Source: Tepidisphaera sp. (GTDB taxonomy: Bacteria; Planctomycetota; Phycisphaerae; Phycisphaerales; UBA1924). Taken from it: DNA of 64,000 bases. Positions 28,301 to 39,000 of the stretch are shown here, piece after piece. The stretch spans positions 160,001-224,000 of the forward strand of contig CP051526.1 in the NCBI GenBank assembly GCA_050916045.1. The letters run 5' to 3'. The position numbers and the translations under genes were made by a program. Every line of letters begins with the position of its first letter. Positions within the stretch are counted from its first letter, which is position 1. The notes beneath the pieces were generated by a model. It was not told where the DNA came from, made no database searches, and was given only the letters and a program-made list of their open reading frames with translations.

Positions 28301-31300
28301 ATGATGATGTTCAACCTCCCCCGGCTGATCGGGGACGTCGGAAACGTGGTGAAACTGCTGCAGGTGGACGGGGGCATCCTGCTCGGGCTGTTCGGCGGCC
28401 TCGCCGTCGTGGCCGTCCTGCTTCTCGCGTACAAAGCGTTCCTCGCTTTCCGCGACAAAGCCCAGAGCCTGCCGTTCCTGGACAAGCTCAAGACCGCGAT
28501 GGCCAGGACGCCCTCGGTGGTCGCCGATCCGGCCAAGCGGGCCCGCTTGGACGATCTCCGCAAGAAGTATGAAGAAGGCGTCGAGAAGTTCCGCCAGGCC
28601 GGCAAAGACCTGCACTCGCTGCCCTGGTACCTGCTCGTCGGGCCGGCCGGCTCGGGCAAGACCGAAGCCATGCGCCACTGCAAGGTCGGGTTCCCCCCGG
28701 GTTTGCAGGACTGCTTCCAGGGCGCCGGCGGCACGATGAACATGCACTGGTGGTTCACGAACTACGCCGTGGTGCTCGACACCGCGGGTCGCATGTTCAT
28801 GGAGGATGCCGCGCTGCAGGGCGGCAGCGAATGGCGCGAGTTCCTCAAGCTGCTCAAGCAGAGCCGGCCCAACGCTCCGGTCAACGGCATGCTTCTGGTC
28901 ATCGGCATTGACAGCCTGATCAAGGACACCTCCGAGCAGATCGAGTCCAAAGCCGGGCACATCGCCAAGCAGCTCGACACCATCCAGCGCACGCTCGACG
29001 TCCGGTTCCCGGTGTACGTCGTGATCACCAAGTGCGACCTCATCACGGGCTTCAAGGAGTTCTTCGACAAGATCGACGACCCGCAGCTTCAGCACCAGAT
29101 CCTCGGGTGGTCCAACCCCGCGCCGCTCGATGAGCCCTTCCGTGCCGAGACCGTGGATGAGCACGTCAAGACGATCAAGTCGCGACTGCTCAAGCGGCGT
29201 GCGACGCTGCTGATGGACCCTGTGCACACCGAGGATCCTCAGGCCCGCAGGACGGATCAGGTCGACGAGCTTTTCGCCCTCCCCGACAACATCGCGAAGA
29301 TCGCTCCGCGTCTTCGCCGGTACCTCGAGATCATCTTCCAAGCCGGCGAGTGGTCGCCCAAGCCGCTGTTCCTGCGCGGCATCTACTTCACCAGTTCCAT
29401 GCGTCAGGGCAAAGCTCTCGACGAGGATCTGGCGGCGGCGTTGGGCGTCAATGTCGACGCTATCCCCGGCGGCAAGGTGTACGACGAGGAGCGGTCGTTC
29501 TTCCTCCGCGACGTCTTTACCTCGAAGATCTTCCGCGAGAAGGGCCTTGTCACGCGGGCGACCAACGTCCAGAAGGAACAGTCCGGCCGCAAGCGGCTCG
29601 TGATGGGTGCCGGCATCGCGGTGGCGGCGGCCCTCACGGCGATGACGTTCTTCAGCAGCGGGCAGCTCCGCAGTGCGGTCCGTGATCCCCTTGATGTCTG
29701 GACGCAGGTCGCCGGAAGCGTCGAGCAGGGCAAGGTCATCGACCGCGGCGTTTCGGGCCCGGAGTACTTCGGAAACAAGGAAGCCGTCGAGGTCGAAGGC
29801 GGCAAGAAGATCACCCCGATCGAACTGCTCCAACGGGCCCGCAAGCAGGCGGACTCGCCTGTCAGCATGGGTTTCCTGAGCTTTGGAACCGTCTTTAACG
29901 ACGTCAACGAGAACCAGCAAGCAGCCTACCGGGCGGTGGTCATCCGCACCGTCGCGGCGCCGCTTCTGTCGACGGCGAGGTCTCAGCTCGCAAGCCGCGA
30001 CGTGAAGTGGTCGCCGGACGCGTCGGCGGCGCTGGCCGAACTGGTCGCGGCCGAGACGCGCGCGCTCGACGGCACGCCGGCACGCGAAGCGGACGCCAAG
30101 GACGCCGCGGGCCAAGCGATCAATCCCGGGCCGATCCTCGCGTTCCTCGCGCCCGGCGCCGCGATCTCCAAGGATGAGCTCGCTCAGCTCCGCGAGGCTT
30201 TGGCGACGCTGAACCCGGCGGACTACGCCAAGCACGGCATCGCCGGCACGCCGGAAACCCTCGATGAGCTCAAGCGGGCCGTCGCGCAGGCGGGTGAAGC
30301 GTGGAAGAACGCGGCGACCAGCAGTGGTGATCTGGGCGACCTGGCACGGCTGGACGCGGCCATCCGCCGCTTCGTCGCCGCCGGCACCGACCTTCGCAGG
30401 ATGATCCCCGAGCGGGCCCCGGCGACCGTCGAGGACTACAACGAGTTCGCCAAGCAGTTCGGCCCTGCGGTCGCTCGTCTCGAGACCACCGCCGCCGACG
30501 ACAAGCTCGCGGAGATCGCGAGCGTCTGGACCCGTCTGGGCGGACGCGGCGAAACCGAGCTCGTCGAGAGCGCGAAACGCGAGATCCAGAAGCAAGCCGA
30601 CCTCATCGAAGCCGGTCTGCCCAAGGACATCAAAGCCGAAACCGAGAAGAAGACCAAAGTGGCTCCCGCCGCCGAAACGATCAAAGCGGCGCTCGTGGCC
30701 GCGTTCGAAGCCGGCACCAAGGGCCTGCCTTCCAAGGTCGCCGAGATCCGCGGCAGCCTCAACGAGGAGAGCAAGAAAGCACTCATCGAGCGCGGCCGTC
30801 AGGCCGACACCCGCGGATTCCAGGACGTCGTCGCTCTCTACAACGATCTCCTTCCCTTCGTGACGCCCGCGGAAACCGGCGGCAACTGGACCGACGCCGC
30901 CGCCCGCGTCCGAGAGATCAATGAAGCCTCGGCGAAAGCACGCGAGTTCATCACGGCGTGGTCCGCGGCGGTCAGCCCCGCTCTCCGAGCCCAGAACGAC
31001 CCGCAGATCGCCGATCGGGTCGTCGATGTCGCACGTGGCGGGCGCGTCGGCGCCCGAATGAGCGCCTTCCTCGCCGGCGTGGACTCGGGCAAGCTCGTGC
31101 GCGAGACGGTTGCGGCGGCGGCGGGTGCGCCGGTGCCCGTCACCAAGGTCGCGATGTCGGGGCTTGATGGCGTGCGGGCGATCGACGCGAGCTATTCGCC
31201 GGCGGTCGTGGGGACCCTGTTCCGCGGCTGGCGGACGACTCTGGACGAGATGGCCGGCGCGAAGAAGGACTGGCTCGTCGGCGCGGACCTCGCGGATCGC

Positions 31301-32554
31301 GTCAAGCGCGTGTCGACCCCCATGGGTGAGTACGGCCGCGAGTACGCCGCGACGTGGAAAGCCACGCTCGCCAAGGCGCTCGTTCGCGACTTTGACTCAT
31401 GGACCGCGTTCCACGCGGCGCTCGAGACCCAGGAACAGCCCAACCCAGTGGACGTGCACGCGGCTCTCAAAGCTCTCCACGAGCAGGTTCAACGCGACCT
31501 TTCGGCGATCGGCGAAGCGTTGCAATCGGAAGAGATCCGTCGCGAAGCGGACGCGGCGGGGCGTCAGGCGGGCGTGATCGCGGCCGCTTCGGATCCCGCG
31601 ATCGCCGACCGAATCGACTCCATGCGTCGCAAGCTCCGCGGCCTTGGCGGTGGATCGCGCACCGCTCGCGAGAGCCTGCTCGCGATGCTCAGCCCCGAAT
31701 CGCCGGACGGCCAGGCGTTCAACGACTTTGTTTCGTCGGCTTCGGTCCCCGCGTACTGGCAGTCGCTGGTGGTGCGCGGATTCGAAGCCCTCGCCCGCGA
31801 GTACCAGACCAACGCGGACACCGATGTGAACCGTCTGGTTGCGCTCGCCCGTTTCCCCTTGGTGAACGACCGGGCGGCGGCTCCGCTGACCCCGGCGGAA
31901 CTGGACGAGGCCGCGCGAATCCTCGGCGAGCTTCAGATCACCGACAAGGACCGCCGGGTTCAGGTGCTGAGCGGTCGCTTGGCCGAACCGGTCGCCCGGT
32001 TGGTAAAACCTGATGCACTCAAGAACCGCCCGAAGATGACGGATTTCGTCGCCCGTGCGAAGGAAGTTTGCAAAGCGTTCGCCGGGCCAGGCGGGACGGC
32101 ACTGGTCGAGTCGATCACCGGCGATGGCGACGGCGACAAGCCCGCCAACTCCGACGGCTCGATCCGCACGGTATCGGACGCCTGGACCATCGAAGGCGAC
32201 CCCCTGATGGAGCCGATTGACGTCGGCAAGGTCCGAAAGGTCGATTCCGGCGCACCTCAGCAGTCGATCCGCCTTCTCTTCTACAAGCGGGCCACCGACA
32301 CCGTCGTTCGTCGGGCAGCTTTCGATGCGCCTTGGGCAGCGGCCGCTCTGGTCCTGACCCCGGGGGCGACCGCGGTTCCGGCGGAGAGCAACGAGTCGAC
32401 AACCTGGCGCGTCCCGATCGTGGTGGAGGGAGAGGAAGTGCTCCCGGAAGGCACCAAGGCCATCCGGCGGCATATGTGGATCAAGGTCGTCCTGAAGAAG
32501 CCGGTGCCCGCGGCCAAGAACTGGCCCCAAAAGGAAGATCTCGGTGGGAACTAA
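28301..32554 (+). CDS. tssM: T6SS membrane subunit TssM (IcmF)
   Basis: LPWYLLVGPAGSGKT, WWF, LDTAGR, FPVYVVITKCDL, FLRGIYFTS; long periplasmic region. Confidence 0.92.
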   Translation: MMMFNLPRLIGDVGNVVKLLQVDGGILLGLFGGLAVVAVLLLAYKAFLAFRDKAQSLPFLDKLKTAMARTPSVVADPAKRARLDDLRKKYEEGVEKFRQAGKDLHSLPWYLLVGPAGSGKTEAMRHCKVGFPPGLQDCFQGAGGTMNMHWWFTNYAVVLDTAGRMFMEDAALQGGSEWREFLKLLKQSRPNAPVNGMLLVIGIDSLIKDTSEQIESKAGHIAKQLDTIQRTLDVRFPVYVVITKCDLITGFKEFFDKIDDPQLQHQILGWSNPAPLDEPFRAETVDEHVKTIKSRLLKRRATLLMDPVHTEDPQARRTDQVDELFALPDNIAKIAPRLRRYLEIIFQAGEWSPKPLFLRGIYFTSSMRQGKALDEDLAAALGVNVDAIPGGKVYDEERSFFLRDVFTSKIFREKGLVTRATNVQKEQSGRKRLVMGAGIAVAAALTAMTFFSSGQLRSAVRDPLDVWTQVAGSVEQGKVIDRGVSGPEYFGNKEAVEVEGGKKITPIELLQRARKQADSPVSMGFLSFGTVFNDVNENQQAAYRAVVIRTVAAPLLSTARSQLASRDVKWSPDASAALAELVAAETRALDGTPAREADAKDAAGQAINPGPILAFLAPGAAISKDELAQLREALATLNPADYAKHGIAGTPETLDELKRAVAQAGEAWKNAATSSGDLGDLARLDAAIRRFVAAGTDLRRMIPERAPATVEDYNEFAKQFGPAVARLETTAADDKLAEIASVWTRLGGRGETELVESAKREIQKQADLIEAGLPKDIKAETEKKTKVAPAAETIKAALVAAFEAGTKGLPSKVAEIRGSLNEESKKALIERGRQADTRGFQDVVALYNDLLPFVTPAETGGNWTDAAARVREINEASAKAREFITAWSAAVSPALRAQNDPQIADRVVDVARGGRVGARMSAFLAGVDSGKLVRETVAAAAGAPVPVTKVAMSGLDGVRAIDASYSPAVVGTLFRGWRTTLDEMAGAKKDWLVGADLADRVKRVSTPMGEYGREYAATWKATLAKALVRDFDSWTAFHAALETQEQPNPVDVHAALKALHEQVQRDLSAIGEALQSEEIRREADAAGRQAGVIAAASDPAIADRIDSMRRKLRGLGGGSRTARESLLAMLSPESPDGQAFNDFVSSASVPAYWQSLVVRGFEALAREYQTNADTDVNRLVALARFPLVNDRAAAPLTPAELDEAARILGELQITDKDRRVQVLSGRLAEPVARLVKPDALKNRPKMTDFVARAKEVCKAFAGPGGTALVESITGDGDGDKPANSDGSIRTVSDAWTIEGDPLMEPIDVGKVRKVDSGAPQQSIRLLFYKRATDTVVRRAAFDAPWAAAALVLTPGATAVPAESNESTTWRVPIVVEGEEVLPEGTKAIRRHMWIKVVLKKPVPAAKNWPQKEDLGGN

Positions 32555-32587
32555 TCGCGAAACGAATCTCCGACGAGCGAGGGCGGC

Positions 32588-33553
32588 ATGACCATGCTTG
32601 GGAAACTCTCCAAGTTGTTCCAGAAGCCGGCTTCGCCCGGACCCCGCGTTTCCTTGGCCGCGTTCGGAAAACACCCGGGCTGGGATGACCACATCGACGA
32701 TCTGGGCTTGGACTCGCCCCGACTGGTGCACGTCAAGTCGGTCCTCTATTCGCAGGGAATCTCCGGAAACATTGATTCCGCCGAATGGGACCACCTTTCG
32801 GAATCCGAACGCATCGCCGAATTCGGGCACGAATTTCTCTGGCGCTGGGCGGGTGACGCGGTGGTGGGGCTGATGTGGTCGAGCAAGGACGGCAAGGGCC
32901 GGGCGAAGTATCCGATGGTGCTCGCGCTGCACGGGACCAAGATGCCGGTGAGCTGGCTTTGCTCGACGGGCTTGGACCGGCTGCGGGCGCTGCGCGACCA
33001 GTGCCGGTCACTCACGCGATCCACGGAGGTCATCCAGGCGATCGATTCCGCCCGCTCGGACCTGCAGGGAGCGTCGCTGACGATCCCGGAAGGAGACAAC
33101 GAGCCGGAGCGGCACCTCATCAAGAGGTTGATGAGTTCTCAGGAGGAAGCGTCGCGGCGCGGCTTTGTTCGAGTTTTGTACGATATTGAGCGGCGTCTGG
33201 GCGGCATGAGGGACAAGTCCAAGACCAAGACCCGGGTGATTGATGTTTCGGCCCACCATTTCCGGCTGCCGGCGATTCATACGGCGGGCAAGGTGCTCGA
33301 ATCCGGCCGGGCGTGGTCGGCTCTGATGATGGACACGGTGGGTCCGGGCCCGGTGCTTGCGGCGGGGATTCTCGCGATCGAGCCGGCGGGGACCGGGTTC
33401 GCGGATGTGATCGTCGGTGAGCCTCGGGTGCAGAACCTGTTCTGTCTGCGTGCTTCGAGCGCTCGCGAGCCTCTGACGTCGGACATCCCATTCACGATGG
33501 ACGAGTCGTTCGTGACGGTGGCTTCGCAGCAGATCGCGCAGTGGGGAGCCTGA
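32588..33553 (+). CDS. tagF: T6SS-associated TagF-like protein
   Basis: AFGKHPGWDDH, SKDGKGRAKYP; directly after tssM. Confidence 0.7.
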   Translation: MTMLGKLSKLFQKPASPGPRVSLAAFGKHPGWDDHIDDLGLDSPRLVHVKSVLYSQGISGNIDSAEWDHLSESERIAEFGHEFLWRWAGDAVVGLMWSSKDGKGRAKYPMVLALHGTKMPVSWLCSTGLDRLRALRDQCRSLTRSTEVIQAIDSARSDLQGASLTIPEGDNEPERHLIKRLMSSQEEASRRGFVRVLYDIERRLGGMRDKSKTKTRVIDVSAHHFRLPAIHTAGKVLESGRAWSALMMDTVGPGPVLAAGILAIEPAGTGFADVIVGEPRVQNLFCLRASSAREPLTSDIPFTMDESFVTVASQQIAQWGA

Positions 33554-33614
33554 GCGGCGAGCGCGGAGGGCGCGCTCGGGCGAGCGACCCCGTTCAATCT
33601 TCCCTGGATTGGGT

Positions 33615-33656
33615 AAACCACCGAGGTTGACAAAGTGGTTTGGGTTCGGATAGCCT
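33615..33656 (+). promoter_or_regulatory. sigma70 promoter of tpsB with an inverted repeat bracketing the -35
   Basis: TTGACA (33627)-N18-TAGCCT (33651); AAACCAC...GTGGTTT. Confidence 0.55.
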
Positions 33657-33851
33657 GTGGTCCTGTCCCGGGAAGGTTCCCCGTCCCTGCGGTGCATGCG
33701 TCGGGCTGCGGGGAGGCTTTGCGGGCGATTGTCGGCGGTCTTTGCGTCGCACGGCTCACGTGCGAGCGTCGTCTTTCTACCTGCCGCTTGCGGCGGGGAA
33801 GCTAATTCAAGTTCAGAGATCCTGTTGCACCATGCTCGGAGCGACCTTCGA

Positions 33852-35801
33852 ATGAAGACTTATCGGATGACCCGGTGTGCCGCCCTTCTCGTCGCTTTCG
33901 CTGGCGTGGCGACGTTCTGCCCGGTCGCGATGGCTCAGGAAGCCGCGCCGGGCGGCACCTATCCGCAGCCGGATGCGAAGACGGACGGCGAGATCACCTA
34001 CGCCGTGAGCAAGTTTCTTCTTGAGTACGAGTACAACAACGAGGAGCATCCGCCGCTCCAGGAACTGTTCGCGGTGCAGGTGCCGGTCGGCGTGCTCGCC
34101 GACGGCGGGTACACGTATCCGCGAGCGGGCGTGCCGTCGACGATCATCACCGTGGGCGACGGCTTCAGCGACAAGGGCCAGATCTTCTATCCGGGCGGCA
34201 TCCGCGCGGTGAACGAAGCGATCGCCCGCGAGTTGGTCGAGAACCGCAAGCTGATCGGTGTTCGCGTGCTGGCCCACCCGGACGATGTGTCGCTTCAGGG
34301 TGGACAGGACACTCGCGGGCAGGGCAACACGCGGATGCGGCTGAAGATCTTCACCGCGCAGCTCGATGACACGAAGGTCCTCAATCAGAGCCGCGGCGTG
34401 GAACCCGAAGACCGGGTCAATCCCGAGCGTCTCGAGCGCCTCCGCGAGCGTTCGCCGATCAACGTTGGCGGGCTTATTCGCCGCGACCGGCTGGACGACT
34501 ACGTTCTGCGTCTGAACCGGCACCCCGGCCGCCGCATCAACGTGGCACTGGTTCCCTCCTCGGACAAGGCCGGACAGGTCGAACTCCAGTACCAGGTCGC
34601 CGAGGTCAAGCCCTGGTCGGTCTACGCCCAGGTCGCGAACATCGGCACCAAGACCACCGGCGAGTGGCGCGAGCGCATCGGGTTTGCCCACACGCAGCTC
34701 ACGAACAACGACGACATCCTCCGGCTGGATTTCCTGACGGCGGAGTTCGGCGACACGAACAGCGCGTTTGGCAGCTACGAGCGGCCGTTCTTCGACAACC
34801 AGGTGATCGCGAAGCTTTACGGCTCGTGGAGCCAGTACTCCGCGGACTCGGTCGGCATCGCCGGCCTTGAGTTCGAGGGAAGCAACTGGTCGGCCGGTGC
34901 CGAAGTGTCGGGGACGATCCTGCAGTCGGGCGCGAACTTCTTCGATCTCGTCGGCGGCGCCCGGTTCGAGAACGTCGAGGTCAACAACAAGCTGCTGGGC
35001 CAGGAGGGCGAGGAGGACTTCTTCCTTCCCTACGCCGGGCTTCGGTTCAGCCGAGTGACGGACGTGATGGCGACGAGCGCGTCGGGCATCTTTGAGTTCG
35101 GTCTGGGCAGCGTGACCAGCGCAAGCACCACCGAGCTCACCAAGCTGGGCCGCATTTTCCCGGACAAGGACTGGGTTGTTCTGAAGGTGGATGCGGAGCA
35201 CTCGATGTACATCGAGCCGCTGCTGCTTCCGACGCAGTTCAAGGAGAAGGACGCGAGCACGCTCCGTGGCACCACGCTTGCCCACGAGGTGGTGCTTGCG
35301 TTCCGCGGGCAGCACGCGTTCGGCAAGCGACTGACGCCGACGTTCGAAGGGATCGCGGGCGGTGCGTACTCGGTCCGCGGGTATCCCGAGTCGGTGGCGG
35401 CGGGCGACACGACGGTCACCGGTACGGTTGAGTACCGGTTCCACCTGCCGCGCACGCTCCTGACGACCGACAAGGACGGCAATCTCGCGTACATGGATCC
35501 GAACCAGACCGAGTTCTTCGGTCAGCCGTTCCGGGTCGGGCCGTCGGGCCCGTTCGATCGGACGGATTGGGACCTCATCTTCAAGGGCTTCGTGGACTTC
35601 GGCCGCGCGATGCAGAGCGACCGGCAGGTCTTCGAGCGTGACCACTCCCTGCTGAGCGCGGGTGTGGGCGTCGAGCTTCAGGTGCTTCAGAACCTCAACG
35701 TCAAGCTGGACTGGGGCTTTGCCCTGCACGACGTTCGGGGCACCGAAGTGGTGGATTCCGGCGACAACCGGGTGCACTTCTCGGCGACGATTCTGTACTG
35801 A
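33852..35801 (+). CDS. TpsB (ShlB/FhaC/HecB family) Omp85 transporter
   Basis: Signal peptide, POTRA-like region, GGAYSVRGY, C-terminal alternating beta-strand VHFSATILY. Confidence 0.88.
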   Translation: MKTYRMTRCAALLVAFAGVATFCPVAMAQEAAPGGTYPQPDAKTDGEITYAVSKFLLEYEYNNEEHPPLQELFAVQVPVGVLADGGYTYPRAGVPSTIITVGDGFSDKGQIFYPGGIRAVNEAIARELVENRKLIGVRVLAHPDDVSLQGGQDTRGQGNTRMRLKIFTAQLDDTKVLNQSRGVEPEDRVNPERLERLRERSPINVGGLIRRDRLDDYVLRLNRHPGRRINVALVPSSDKAGQVELQYQVAEVKPWSVYAQVANIGTKTTGEWRERIGFAHTQLTNNDDILRLDFLTAEFGDTNSAFGSYERPFFDNQVIAKLYGSWSQYSADSVGIAGLEFEGSNWSAGAEVSGTILQSGANFFDLVGGARFENVEVNNKLLGQEGEEDFFLPYAGLRFSRVTDVMATSASGIFEFGLGSVTSASTTELTKLGRIFPDKDWVVLKVDAEHSMYIEPLLLPTQFKEKDASTLRGTTLAHEVVLAFRGQHAFGKRLTPTFEGIAGGAYSVRGYPESVAAGDTTVTGTVEYRFHLPRTLLTTDKDGNLAYMDPNQTEFFGQPFRVGPSGPFDRTDWDLIFKGFVDFGRAMQSDRQVFERDHSLLSAGVGVELQVLQNLNVKLDWGFALHDVRGTEVVDSGDNRVHFSATILY

Positions 35802-36034
35802 TCCCGGGAAGGCCGGGTGGATCGGAACCGCCGGGGTCCAGCCCCGGATGGAAGAGGGGGGGCGGGCGGTTTCGGGGACGGATTTGGGCGAAAGGGCCGT
35901 TTCGGCCGAAAGACGGCGACGGCGGGCGGGTTGGAATAGTGGGCGCGTGGAAGGTGGGGGGTCTCTGTTCGGGGTAGGACTGATCTGATCATTCACCATC
36001 CCGCCTGCGTTGCGGGAGCTGCTAGAGGAATGCC

Positions 36035-39000
36035 ATGAAGACGAACACTCGCGGGACCAATGCTGGCGACACGCTGGGAGCCTCGATCGGCGGCGCGGTC
36101 GGGCGCAAGCTTTGGACGTTGGCGAAAGTGGCGGGCCGTGCGGCCGGTCTTCGCAGTGTCGGCGGCGCGGCGGTGATCGCCGGGTTGCTCGCCGCGGCTT
36201 CGACGACGTCGGTCATCGCGGGCCCCGAGGGCGAGCAGGTGGTGGTCGGCAACGTGACCTTCACTCGGCAGGGCAACCTGTGGATCATCACCGCCAGCAA
36301 CGGCGCGATCATCAACTACGCCAGCTTTGACATTCTCCCGTACGAGACGGTGCGGTTCATCCAGCCGAGCCAGCTCTCGACGGTTTTGAACCGGATCAAC
36401 AGCGCCGCTCCGACCTTGATCCAGGGCCGCCTGGAAGCCAACGGCAACGTCTTCTTCGTGAATCCGGCGGGCGTGATCTTCACGAACACCTCGACGGTGA
36501 ACGTGGGCGGTCTCTACGCCGCGGCGGGCAACCTCAGCAACGAGGACTTCCTCTCGGGCAACATGCGATTCACCGGCCTTCAGGGCCAGGTCTCCAATAG
36601 CGGCAACATCACGGCCAACGCTGTCGCGATGGTCGGCCGCGAAGTCTCCAACCACGGCTCGATCATCGCTCACGGCGGCACGGTCGTGATGGCGGCGGGC
36701 GAGGAAGTGTTCATCGGACGCGAGGGAAGCAGCGTCTTTACGCAGATCCAGGGCGCCTCGGGGAGCGGCGGCCAGAACGCCGGCGTCACCAACACCGGCC
36801 GGATCGACGCTCGCGGCGGTCAGGTCACGATGTCCGCGGGTGACGCGGACGGCATGGCGATCTTCAACACCGGCGTCATTCGCGGCAACAACATCACCAT
36901 CGAGGGCCAGGGCCGCGGTGACGTGATGGTCCGCGGCGTGGTTGACGCTTCGAGCGACGCGGGCCGTGGCGGCGAGATCACGATCACCGGCGAGCGCGTC
37001 GGACTGTTCAACGCCCGCATCGACGCGAGCGGCACGTGGGGCGGCGGCACGATCCGCATCGGCGGCGATGCCGGGGGCCAGGGTGACACCCGCCGCGCGG
37101 ACTACGTCTTTGTCGACGAGAACACCACCGTCCGCGCGGACGCTCACGAGTTCGGCGACGGCGGCCGGATCACGTTCTGGGGCACGGAAGCGACGCGCAT
37201 CGCGGGTGATCTGTCCGCGATGGGCGGCATCCGTAGCGGCAACGGCGGGTTCATCGAAACCTCCGGCGGGTACATCGCTCTGGCGGGGACGCCGGACCTG
37301 CAGGCCCGTGCGGCTTCCGGCCGCGGCGGCCAGTGGGTCATCGATCCCAACGACATCACGATCGTGGCGGGCGGCGGCAACACGAACATCAACGCGGCGG
37401 ATCCGTTCGCATCGGCGGACGACAACGCTCAGCTGGGCGTGGATCTGATCACGGCGGCGCTGGGCAACGGCGTCAGCGTGTCGATCACGACGACGAACTC
37501 GGGCGCGGATTCGCAGCTTGGCAACATCACGCTGGCGACCAACCTCAGCTACACCGGGACGGGCAACGCGACGCTGACGCTGAACGCTCACAACAACATC
37601 GTGTTCAACACGGGCACGACGGTGACCGGCTCGGCTGCGGGCGGCCTGAACCTGGTCTTCAACGCCGATAGCGACAACGACGGATCCGGCAACGTCAACC
37701 TGAACAACGCGGCGATCACGCTCAACGGCGGGTCGCTGACGGTTTCGGCGAACGTCGAGGACTTCACGACTTCGGCGGGCGGCTCGATCAATACGGGCGG
37801 CGGAAACCTGACGCTGAACAACACCGGCGTGAACACGCTGGCGGCCAACATGAACCTGGGCGCGGGCGCGTTCTCGTCGGCGACGACGGGTCTGACGACC
37901 GTGAGCGGCACGCTGACGGCGGGCTCGGTGAACGTCGCGGGTCTGACGGCGCTCAACGGCGGCACGGTCACGACGACCGGCGGCACGCAGACGTACACGG
38001 GAGCGGTGACGCTTGGAGCCAACACGACGCTGATCGGCACGACGATCACGTTCGGATCGACGGTGGATTCTTCGGGCGGGGCCCGGACGCTGACGGTCAA
38101 CGGAGCGGGCGTGTTCAACGGGAACGTCGGCGGGCTGAGCTCGCTCTCGTCGCTGACGGTGACGGGTGCGGCGACCCTGACGAACGCTTCGGTCACCACG
38201 GTGACGACGCAGACGTACGGCGGGGCGATGAACATCGGCGGGTCGGCGACGACGCTGACGGGCACGTCGATCTCCTTCCAGAACACCCTTGATACGACGG
38301 TGGACCTGACGATCGCGAGCACGGGGGACGTGACGTTCACCGGGATCGCCTCCTTCGGCGGCAACACGACCATCGGCGGCACGAACATCACGTTCTCCTC
38401 GCTGGTGCAGACGGACGTGGCCGGCGACGGCCTGCGGGACCTGACGCTGAACGGTTCGGCGATCACGTCGTTCTTCAGCAACGTGTCTTCGGGAACGCGG
38501 CGGTTCGCGAACATCACTTCCAACGGGGCGGGCAGCGCGATCGTGCTGGGCACGGTCGAAGCGACCGGCAACATCGTTCTGAGTGACGGGTCCATCACGT
38601 TCGCTTCGGGCGCGACGTCGGTGACGGCCGGCGGCGACATCACCATTGGCGGCAACGCGAGCCTCGGCGCGAACATGGTGTTCTCCGGCGCGAACGTCAC
38701 GTTCTCGGGCACGGTGAACGACGACGCGGCGGCGACGCAGCGGACCCTGACGGTCAACAGCGCGGGCACGACGACGTTCGCTTCGACGGTGGGCGCGACG
38801 CGTGCGCTGGCGGCTCTGATCACCGACGCGGGCGGCACCACGATCCTGACCGGGAACGTCTCCACCACAGGCGGCCAGACGTACAACGACGCGGTGGAGC
38901 TCGCGGGCGACGTGGTGATCAGCGGCGCGACGATCACGTTCGCTTCGACGGTCGATAGCGACGGCACGGCCCGGGCGCTGACGGTCAACGACTCGGGGGT

